This document shows, piece by piece, positions 56,448 through 64,000 of a stretch of DNA of 64,000 bases. A program made the translations under genes and the position numbers. Origin of the DNA: an uncultured Gemmatimonadales bacterium (GTDB lineage Bacteria; Gemmatimonadota; Gemmatimonadetes; Gemmatimonadales; GWC2-71-9). Location of the stretch: the NCBI GenBank assembly GCA_963821525.1, contig CAWGED010000004.1, positions 288,001-352,000 of the forward strand. Direction: 5' to 3'. How positions within the stretch are numbered: the first letter of the stretch is position 1; the number at the start of each line of letters is the position of its first letter. The notes beneath the pieces were generated by a model. That model saw only the letters and a program-made list of their open reading frames with translations. It did not search any database and was not told the DNA's origin.

Positions 56448-56933
56448 ATGCTCAAGCCCGGCTCTCCCGCCCCCGACTTTTCCCTCCCCAATGACGCCGG
56501 TGGGACCGTGTCCCTCAAGGGCCTCCGGGGCAAGCCAGTCGTGCTGTACTTCTATCCCAAGGACGATACCAGCGGTTGCACGGTCGAAGCCTGCGAGTTC
56601 CGCGATAGCTGGAAGGCGGTGGAGGGACTCGGTGCCGTCGTCCTCGGCGTGTCGCCTGATAGCGCCGCCTCGCACCAGAAATTCAAGAAGAAATACACCC
56701 TGCCATTTCCCCTGCTGGCCGACGAGGACCACGCGGTCGCGGAGGCGTATGGAGCCTGGGGAGAGAAGTCCATGTACGGCAGGAAGTACAAGGGGATCCT
56801 GCGGACTACCTATCTGATCGATGAGAAGGGGAGCATCGCCAGGGTTTTCGAGAAAGTGAAGCCCAAAGGCCACGCGAGGGAGGTCCTGGAGGCTCTGGAG
56901 ACCCTGGCGCTGATGGCCTCCAAGGTGATGTAA
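56448..56933 (+). CDS. bcp: Thioredoxin-dependent peroxiredoxin
   Basis: YFYPKDDTSGCTVEACEFRD. Confidence 0.95.
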   Translation: MLKPGSPAPDFSLPNDAGGTVSLKGLRGKPVVLYFYPKDDTSGCTVEACEFRDSWKAVEGLGAVVLGVSPDSAASHQKFKKKYTLPFPLLADEDHAVAEAYGAWGEKSMYGRKYKGILRTTYLIDEKGSIARVFEKVKPKGHAREVLEALETLALMASKVM

Positions 56934-57088
56934 ATCACCTCTCTACGTCTAAAGGGCAGTTGACTGGGCGCGAGAGAGGGAGATATTAGCCACGTTCGGC
57001 CGCCTCAAGGCCGGGTGCGGACCGTTCGTGCTGGACCGGCCCCGTTTTCGTGACGGGGCTACGCTCAATTTACGGATGGGGGGGTTGC

Positions 57089-58576
57089 ATGCGACTATTA
57101 CGTCCTGCCATGGCGGGCCTGCTGCTTCTTGCCGGCGCCGCACCGCTTGCCGCGCAAAAGCCCGGCGCTGTTGAAATCGGCGTTTTTGGCCGGTTCAACA
57201 GCACAGATCCACAGCTTAATTTCGACAACCGAACCGGTATCGGCGGACGGCTCGGCGTCTTCTTTGCACAAAACCTCGCGGTTGAAATTGATGGGTCCTA
57301 CAATCCGCTGTATACAGCCGAGGGCGATTTCGTTCGGTATATCCCGTGGCATGCCGGGCTGGTCTACAACATTGGGGTCGGGTCGACTTCCGCGTTTCTG
57401 ATTGGAGCCCGCTACACCGACAACTGGTTCCGTGAGGCCTATCGGGAGACCGAACACGGCATCGGCGGACTTCTCGGTTTCCGACTGGGCACCGGGGGGA
57501 CGCTCTCCATCAGAGTCGATGGTACGATCGACTACATCTTCAATCCCGAGAGCCGCTTCAGTCAGGGTCCTCCGATTGGTGTCCAGGGAATCCCCAGCAT
57601 CGAACAGGACGACAAGAACCTTCACTACGGCGTCCAGGCCGGACTTAGCCTCATGTTCGGGGGGTACAACAAGGACTCCGACAAGGACGGCGTACTGGAC
57701 AAGGCGGATCAGTGTCCCAATACGCCGACCGGTGACAAGGTCGACGCCAACGGGTGTTCGCTTGACTCCGACGGCGACGGCGTGAAGGACGGTCTCGACC
57801 AGTGTCCCAGCAGCCCGCCGGGAGACAAGGTCGACGCTAACGGCTGCTCGCTCGATACCGACAAGGACACCGTTCGCGACGCGATCGACAAGTGCGCGGA
57901 CACTCCTGCCGGTGATAAGGTGGACGCCAACGGCTGCTCGCTGCCGAAGGATGCCGACGCTGACGGTGTGACTGACGATGTCGATCAGTGCCCGAGCAGC
58001 GCGCCCGGAGACAAGGTCGATGCCACTGGCTGCTCGCTGGATACCGACAAGGACGGCGTACGTGATGCAATAGATCAGTGCCCCGACACGCCGGCGGGTG
58101 ACCAAGTCGATGCCAACGGCTGCTCGGCGGACAGCGACAAGGATGGCGTAAGCGATGCTAAGGATCGCTGCCCCAACACCCGTCCGGGTGCCAAGGTAGA
58201 CGAAACGGGCTGCGAGTTGTTGTTTGAGCAGACCGAACGCGGATTGGTGCTCGAAGGGGCAACCTTCGCCACCGGTAAGACCACACTGACCGCGGCCGGC
58301 AAGGCATCGCTCGACAAGGTCGCCGTGGGCTTGGTGGATAATCCCGGAGTTCGGGTGGAGGTCCACGGTTACACCGACAACACTGGCTCGAAGGCCGCCA
58401 ACGACAGGGTGTCCAAGCAGCGGGCCGAGTCAGTGAAGAAGTACCTGGTTACGAAGGGTGTCACCGCCGACCGTATCGATACCTATGGCCATGGCCCTGA
58501 AGAGCCCATCGCGGACAACAAGACCGCGGCGGGACGGGCCCAGAACCGGCGGGTCGAGTTGCGGAAGGCGCCGTAA
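57089..58576 (+). CDS. OmpA family protein: beta-barrel + 6 TSP3-like repeats + OmpA C-domain
   Basis: DxDxDGVxDxxDxCPxxPxGxxVDxxGC x6; GYTDNTG, NRRVE. Confidence 0.93.
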   Translation: MRLLRPAMAGLLLLAGAAPLAAQKPGAVEIGVFGRFNSTDPQLNFDNRTGIGGRLGVFFAQNLAVEIDGSYNPLYTAEGDFVRYIPWHAGLVYNIGVGSTSAFLIGARYTDNWFREAYRETEHGIGGLLGFRLGTGGTLSIRVDGTIDYIFNPESRFSQGPPIGVQGIPSIEQDDKNLHYGVQAGLSLMFGGYNKDSDKDGVLDKADQCPNTPTGDKVDANGCSLDSDGDGVKDGLDQCPSSPPGDKVDANGCSLDTDKDTVRDAIDKCADTPAGDKVDANGCSLPKDADADGVTDDVDQCPSSAPGDKVDATGCSLDTDKDGVRDAIDQCPDTPAGDQVDANGCSADSDKDGVSDAKDRCPNTRPGAKVDETGCELLFEQTERGLVLEGATFATGKTTLTAAGKASLDKVAVGLVDNPGVRVEVHGYTDNTGSKAANDRVSKQRAESVKKYLVTKGVTADRIDTYGHGPEEPIADNKTAAGRAQNRRVELRKAP

Positions 58577-58594
58577 TCGCAGTTCCGGCAGGAC

Positions 58595-58645
58595 GTCGGG
58601 GGGCCGGGACCCTGCTGGATCGGGTTCCGGCCCCCCGATGCTTTG
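58595..58645 (+). terminator. Strong hairpin after the ompA-like gene
   Basis: GTCGGGGGGCCGGGACCC..GGGTTCCGGCCCCCCGAT, then GCTTT. Confidence 0.7.
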
Positions 58646-58719
58646 CCCTCCTTGCCGGGTCGGGTGGGCGATTATTCTTCCCCGCTCGGTTTTTGGCGTG
58701 ACTTTTTCAGGAGGGGATC

Positions 58720-59778
58720 ATTCGTCGCACGGCTTTGTTGGCGGTCGCCGCTCTCCTGGCGGCATGCGGTCACAATTCGACAAGCGCAGCCCAATCGGCG
58801 ACTTTCCTTCCGCCGGCGCCTGGTGAGCGCCATCTGCGAAACATCCGGCAGCTCACGTCGGCGGGGAACAATGCCGAAGCGTATTTCTCCCGCTCCGGCA
58901 AGCAGTTGATCTTCCAGCGGCAGGAGAAGGTCGATTCCGCCTGCGATCAGCAGTACATCATGAACATCGATGGGTCTGGTATGCGGCGCATTTCCAACGG
59001 CCTGGGCCGGACGACGTGCGGCTACTTCTACGACAACGACCGCAGGGTGCTCTACAGCTCCACGTTCAAGAATTCTCCCGCCTGCCCCCCGGTGCCCGAC
59101 AAGTCCCATGGCTACGTCTGGCCGATCGGCCACCTGGAGATCTTCACTTCGCGTCCCGACGGGTCGGACTTGAAACAGTTGACCGACAACGGCGCGTACA
59201 ATGCTGAGAGCACGGTTTCGCCGGACGGCTCGCGGATCATCTTTACCAGCACCCGGGATGGCGACATCGAGCTCTACACGATGAAAACCGATGGCACCGA
59301 TGTGCACCGGCTGACCAACCGGGTGGGATATGATGGGGGTGCCTTCTACTCACCAGATGGTAAGCAGATCATCTGGCGGGCCGGATATCCGGCGACCGCG
59401 GCGGATACGGCGGATTATGAAGGACTCCTGGCCCAGCGTCTGGTTCGTCCCGGCAAGGTCGAGCTCTGGATCGCCAATGCGGACGGAAGCGGCCCGCATC
59501 AGATCACCCATCTGGGGGGAGCCAACTTCGCGCCGTTCTTCCATCCCGATGGCAAGCGGATCATCTTCTCATCGAACTACGAGAACCCTCGGAGCGGAAA
59601 GTTCGACTTGTTCCTGATCAACGTGGACGGCAGCAGTCTCGAAAAGGTCACGACCGACACGTCGTTCGACAGTTTTCCCATGTTCAGCCCCGACGGCCGT
59701 AAGCTGGTGTGGGCATCGAACCGCCACGGCGCGACCGAGGGCGAGACCGACCTCTTCATCGCGGATTGGGTCGAGTGA
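58720..59778 (+). CDS. TolB-like PD40 beta-propeller lipoprotein
   Basis: LAAC lipobox; repeated SPDG..IIF, FPMFSPDG. Confidence 0.88.
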   Translation: MRRTALLAVAALLAACGHNSTSAAQSATFLPPAPGERHLRNIRQLTSAGNNAEAYFSRSGKQLIFQRQEKVDSACDQQYIMNIDGSGMRRISNGLGRTTCGYFYDNDRRVLYSSTFKNSPACPPVPDKSHGYVWPIGHLEIFTSRPDGSDLKQLTDNGAYNAESTVSPDGSRIIFTSTRDGDIELYTMKTDGTDVHRLTNRVGYDGGAFYSPDGKQIIWRAGYPATAADTADYEGLLAQRLVRPGKVELWIANADGSGPHQITHLGGANFAPFFHPDGKRIIFSSNYENPRSGKFDLFLINVDGSSLEKVTTDTSFDSFPMFSPDGRKLVWASNRHGATEGETDLFIADWVE

Positions 59779-60491
59779 CGGAGCACGCCGCCTCCCAGAA
59801 CCTCTCCCGCTCGCTCTGGGAGTGGGTGAAGTCGATCTTCGTCGCGCTGATCGTCTGGTTTCTGCTGCGCACCTTCCTCGTCGAGGCCTTCCGGATCCCG
59901 TCGGGCAGCATGGAGAACACACTGCTGGTGGGAGATTTCCTCTTCGTCAACAAGGCGGTCTACGGCGCCGAAGTTCCCCTGGTGCACAAGCGACTCCCCG
60001 CTTTCCGGGAGCCCAAGCGGGGCGACGTGCTGGTCTTCGATTCGGTGGAGGACGAAGGACTCAAGGTTGTAAAGCGGCTGATCGGGATGCCGGGGGATAC
60101 GCTGAGCATGGACCACGGCGAGCTCTCACGAAACGGCAAGGCAATTGAGGAGCCGTACGTGAAGCACGAGGATCCGACCAAGTCCGAGGACCCGATGCTG
60201 CGGGCCAAGATGCGACAGTGGCAGGTCCATCACCTGGTAGGGCGCGACCCGAACACCTACGATCCCGATCTTCAGGACTGGGGACCGATCGTGGTTCCCC
60301 GGGATTCACTCTTCATGATGGGCGACAACCGGGATAACTCCTACGACGGCCGCTACTGGGGATTCCTCCCGCGAACCAGCGTTCGGGGTACTCCCCTCAT
60401 TGTGTACTTCAGTTACGATGCCAAGAGCTGGCGCCCCATGCCGTTCTTCACCGCCGTCCGCTGGAAGCGCATCTTCGCCCTGCCCCGCTAG
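59775..60491 (+). CDS. lepB: Signal peptidase I
   Basis: IPSGSMENTL, VKRLIGMPGD, GDNRDNSYDGRYWG. Confidence 0.95.
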   Translation: MTEHAASQNLSRSLWEWVKSIFVALIVWFLLRTFLVEAFRIPSGSMENTLLVGDFLFVNKAVYGAEVPLVHKRLPAFREPKRGDVLVFDSVEDEGLKVVKRLIGMPGDTLSMDHGELSRNGKAIEEPYVKHEDPTKSEDPMLRAKMRQWQVHHLVGRDPNTYDPDLQDWGPIVVPRDSLFMMGDNRDNSYDGRYWGFLPRTSVRGTPLIVYFSYDAKSWRPMPFFTAVRWKRIFALPR

Positions 60492-61648
60492 CGTCGCGGG
60501 CTCCATGCCCGCGCCGCGACCGGCACGCCGGCCGCAATACCTCCCATTCCCGCCGCCACCCAAAAAGCTGTTCGCGGACTCCAATGACTGGTCAGCAGCC
60601 CGGCCAGGAGTGGACCAACGACGCGGGCCACCGACGCCACTCCCTGCAGCATCCCCAACGCCCGGCCCTGTTCCTCGACGGGCGTCACTCGTGACACGAG
60701 GCCGGTAGCGCTGGGGGCAACCAGCCCCGAGCCGAGTGCCACGAAACACAGGCTGGCCAGCAAGGCAGGAAGTGGTCGATCGGAGATCACCCCACCCAGC
60801 GCGACTCCAAGTCCAGTAAACCCCATCGCGAGGAGCACACCGCCGACCACCATCAGTGGCCGTTCCCCCGAACGGGGCACCAGTTTCCCGATCAGCCCAC
60901 CCTGTACCAGCGCGTTTACGATTCCAATCATCACGAACAGGTAGGCCACGTGGTGCCGGTCATATCCCAGTTCCCGCTCGACCTGGAGCGGGAAGACGAC
61001 GTACAACACGGTGAACGCCACGGTGGTCAGTCCGATCACTACGAAAGGTTCCCAGAGCAGCGCCCAGTGGACCGGCACCTTCGCGACCTTCGTGGATACG
61101 TGGACCCTGGATTCCGGCAAGCGCCACGCGGCGAGCAGGAAGTTGGCTCCGGTGAGAGCCGAAGCTACCAGGCCGGGTGCAGAGTCTCCCCAGCGACTGC
61201 TGATTCCACCGAGCGCCGGACCCACCACGAATCCCAGCCCGAATGCCGCACCGATGAGGCCCATCGCCTTGGTACGCCGTTCGAGCGGAGTGACGTCGGC
61301 GAGGTAGGCCTGGGCCACGTTCACCGTGGCTCCCATTCCTCCAGCGACAACTCGGGAAAGCAGCAGCGTCCAGAACCCGCCGGCAAAGGCGAAGATGAGA
61401 TAGGAGACTGCGCTTCCTGCCAGGCCGACGAGCAGGATCGGCCGGCGCCCGACCCGGTCGCTCCAACGCCCCCAGATCGGAGCGAAGATGAATTGCATCA
61501 GGGAAAAGCTGGCGACCAGGGCGCCCACCGCGGCGTCGCTGACCTGGTGTTGTGCGGCGTAACTCGGCAGCAGGGGGAGAACGATGCCGAACCCGATGAG
61601 ATCAAGAAAGACGGTGAAGAAGATGATCGCGGCTGCGGGATTCATCAC
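60488..61648 (-). CDS. MFS transporter (TetA/DHA1-like)
   Basis: DLIGFGIVLP, GRWSDRVGRRP, GAAFGLGFVVGP. Confidence 0.92.
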   Translation of the reverse strand: MMNPAAAIIFFTVFLDLIGFGIVLPLLPSYAAQHQVSDAAVGALVASFSLMQFIFAPIWGRWSDRVGRRPILLVGLAGSAVSYLIFAFAGGFWTLLLSRVVAGGMGATVNVAQAYLADVTPLERRTKAMGLIGAAFGLGFVVGPALGGISSRWGDSAPGLVASALTGANFLLAAWRLPESRVHVSTKVAKVPVHWALLWEPFVVIGLTTVAFTVLYVVFPLQVERELGYDRHHVAYLFVMIGIVNALVQGGLIGKLVPRSGERPLMVVGGVLLAMGFTGLGVALGGVISDRPLPALLASLCFVALGSGLVAPSATGLVSRVTPVEEQGRALGMLQGVASVARVVGPLLAGLLTSHWSPRTAFWVAAGMGGIAAGVPVAARAWSPRR

Positions 61649-61890
61649 TTCATCATCTTCCGGGGCTCCTCCGGAGAAGGCGGGGCACCGCGCGCCAGGT
61701 AGACCGCGCAGCGGCTACAGCTTTTGCAGGTGAGGGTGATTCGGCCCGACGACAGGTCGCCACGCTTCGGGTTCCGTTCGATGGTCGCCGAGCTACAGGT
61801 GGGACAAACCAAGACTTTGTGGTCGCGGTCGGCCGCGATCAGCGCCAGTGCCTCGGCTGCTCGGAACTCTTTGACTCCGCGACGACCCAC
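61645..61890 (-). CDS. Small zinc-ribbon-like protein
   Basis: GAAGGA RBS + GTG; CPTC..CKSC; overlaps the MFS start. Confidence 0.55.
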   Translation of the reverse strand: MGRRGVKEFRAAEALALIAADRDHKVLVCPTCSSATIERNPKRGDLSSGRITLTCKSCSRCAVYLARGAPPSPEEPRKMMK

Positions 61891-62077
61891 GGAAGGTCCT
61901 TCCAGCGGGTGGTAAACCGCCGGATGTACGGCACCCGCCTTGCTCAATTTACCGGTCGGCCTCGCGGGGCGCAAAGCGAAGGGCCATAAGGCCAAGGACC
62001 CCCGGGCCCTTCCCGCCCCAAGGGGGTCCCCATACATTGGAATTGCTCCCCATACATGCTCAGGACCCTAGGACAGT

Positions 62078-63412
62078 ATGCGCCCCAGACTGCCGGCCTA
62101 CGTTCTTGTTCTCGGCCTAGCCTCAGGCTGCGCCGGCGGCCCGCCGCCGGCAGTGACACCCCAGGACGTCCCCGCCCTCGAGAGCCAGAGCCAGCGCAAT
62201 CCCACCGACCCTGAGTTGATGACTCGGCTGGGTGTCGCCTACTACGAAACCAGGAATTACGACCGGGCTCGCGACGTCCTGCAGAGCAGTCTCGCGCTCG
62301 ACAAGAACAGCTACAGCACGCTGGTCTATCTCGGGCTGACTTATGAGGAGCTGGGACAGCTGGATTCGGCCCGGGCGTCATACAACAAGGCGTCCGCGCT
62401 CACCAAGAGCCAGGATCAGCGCAACGAGATCAGCAACCGCCTGGCCCTCCTTACCCGCAAGGAACTGCATCAGGCTGCGCGCAATGCGCTGGCCCAGGAG
62501 GCGACGCTGTCGCAGCAAGCCCCGACGGCGAATGCCATCGCGGTTCTTCCAGTCCGTTATTTCGGAAGTGATACCGCGTTGCGCCCGCTCGAGCGGGGGG
62601 TGACTCACCTCATGATCACCGACTTGAGCAAGGTCGGCCGATTGCGGCTGCTCGAGCGGGAGCGGGTGCAGGCCCTGGTAGACGAGATGAAGCTCTCCGA
62701 CGAGGGGAGAACGGATCCGGCGACGGGCGCACGCTCAGGACGGCTGCTCCGGGCGGAACGCGTGGTTCAGGGCTCGCTGCAGGAAGTCCCCGCCAGCGGT
62801 CAGCTCAAGCTCGACGCCGATGTGGTTAACACGGAGACCGCAGGAGTGCAGGCCACTGGTTCGGCCTCGGACAGGCTCCAGCAGCTGTTCGATATCGAGA
62901 AACAGGTGGTGATGCAGTTGTTGCAGCGGCTGAACATCATCCTTTCTCCCGCCGAGCAGCGCGCTCTCAGCGAGCGCCCGACAGCTGATCTTCAGGCCTT
63001 CCTCGCCTTCAGCCGAGGGCTCGAGGCGGAAGACCGTGGTGACTACCAAGCCGCCGAAGCTGCTTATAACGAGGCGATTGCCAGAGATCCCAACTTCCGC
63101 GCCGCGAAGGAGCGGAGAGACGAGATGGTTCGGGTCTCCAGCGCGGCCAGTCTCCCGCCCCAGCAGTTTGCCGGCCTCGAGCGCCCCGGCCCTGGCACGG
63201 TGCCGGGTCCAGGACTGGGCCGCGAGGCGACGACGCTCGAGACCGCCGTAACCATCACGGTCCCGAGCACAGGCGGCGGACTCATCAATCGGATCGGTCC
63301 GATCTCGACGCCTCCCCCAGCGAATCGGCCGTCGTTGCCAGAGGCAAGCGGAACCGATGCCCCGGGCGGTGGCCTCTTCGGAATCATCACCATCATCGTG
63401 ACCCGGCCGTGA
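62078..63412 (+). CDS. TPR + CsgG/TolB-N-like lipoprotein
   Basis: ASGC lipobox; TPRs; LMITDLSKV..LRLLERERVQAL..E. Confidence 0.75.
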   Translation: MRPRLPAYVLVLGLASGCAGGPPPAVTPQDVPALESQSQRNPTDPELMTRLGVAYYETRNYDRARDVLQSSLALDKNSYSTLVYLGLTYEELGQLDSARASYNKASALTKSQDQRNEISNRLALLTRKELHQAARNALAQEATLSQQAPTANAIAVLPVRYFGSDTALRPLERGVTHLMITDLSKVGRLRLLERERVQALVDEMKLSDEGRTDPATGARSGRLLRAERVVQGSLQEVPASGQLKLDADVVNTETAGVQATGSASDRLQQLFDIEKQVVMQLLQRLNIILSPAEQRALSERPTADLQAFLAFSRGLEAEDRGDYQAAEAAYNEAIARDPNFRAAKERRDEMVRVSSAASLPPQQFAGLERPGPGTVPGPGLGREATTLETAVTITVPSTGGGLINRIGPISTPPPANRPSLPEASGTDAPGGGLFGIITIIVTRP

Positions 63413-64000
63413 GGGCGCCTCTCCGGGCGGGACTGCTCGTTGCCACGCTCCTCGGCCCCGCCGCAAGGTCGGGACAGGCTCAGAGCTTGTTCGGTCCGGC
63501 GAGCATTGGAGGAGGAGCCGAGGGTCGGAGATACGAGTTCGAAGAAGGCTACGTCGTTCACGCGATTCGGCAGTTCGCTTACCCCGTGGCGGTGCTGATC
63601 CCCTTCGGGAAGCGATTCTCGGTGGACATTGGGACCGCTTACGCCACGACGACGGTAGCCGATGCCATCGGCAGGGAAGCATCCTTCTCCGGTTTTACCG
63701 ATACCCAGCTCCGCGGCTCCTACGTTTTCGGGAATGATCGGGTAGTCACCTCCCTGATGGTAAATATTCCGACGGGTCAGGAGACCCAGTCGCTGAAGGA
63801 GTTCAACGTCACTTCGAACGTGGCCTCGAACTTCCTGCTCTTCCCAGTCAATTCCTATGGCAACGGCTTCTCGGCCACGGGTGGTCTCGCGGTAGCGATT
63901 CCGGCGGGAAGCTGGAATGTCGGAGTCGCAGGAAGTCTCCGGCTGAATTCAGAGTACCAGCCCTTCAGCGAGGCGGGATCGACTTCGGTTCGCTACCAGC
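63409..64000 (+). CDS. Outer-membrane beta-barrel-like protein, 3' partial, probable frameshifts
   Basis: GTGA overlap; open frame FSVDIGTAYA..SGFTDTQLRGSY..LMVNIPTG. Confidence 0.55.
   Translation, partial: MRAPLRAGLLVATLLGPAARSGQAQSLFGPASIGGGAEGRRYEFEEGYVVHAIRQFAYPVAVLIPFGKRFSVDIGTAYATTTVADAIGREASFSGFTDTQLRGSYVFGNDRVVTSLMVNIPTGQETQSLKEFNVTSNVASNFLLFPVNSYGNGFSATGGLAVAIPAGSWNVGVAGSLRLNSEYQPFSEAGSTSVRYQ

Noticed and set aside
56985..57050. tRNA-like structure upstream of the ompA-like gene
   Set aside because: No T-loop, D-loop or acceptor-stem consensus

Overview
GC-rich bacterial chromosomal segment, with gene content and style suggestive of Gemmatimonadota (inference only). About 50 CDS; roughly 20 carry single-base frameshifts, even efp and thiC, most likely long-read consensus errors. 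Content in order: tryptophan/anthranilate catabolism (OYE, anthraniloyl-CoA monooxygenase-like, kynA, kynU); sahR-ahcY; efp; a HEAT protein/HD-GYP/hybrid kinase locus; two HExxH peptidase-like paralogs; TPP riboswitch-thiC; further hybrid kinases; Hsp20; a 15 kb polyamine uptake and catabolism cluster; an RND pump; OmpA, TolB-like, lepB. The most striking non-gene structure is about a dozen intergenic arrays of degenerate 7-nt tandem repeats whose units differ between loci. Most form inverted pairs (long hairpins) anchored on stop codons, RBSs or start codons. One such pair encloses an antisense four-helix-bundle (23S-IVP/Avd-like) gene inserted in an operon. Also found: an unassigned riboswitch-like leader with terminator/antiterminator, a His-less HPt-like protein, and an uncharacterised N-terminal domain shared by three proteins. 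No tRNA, rRNA, CRISPR, transposase or reverse transcriptase was seen.
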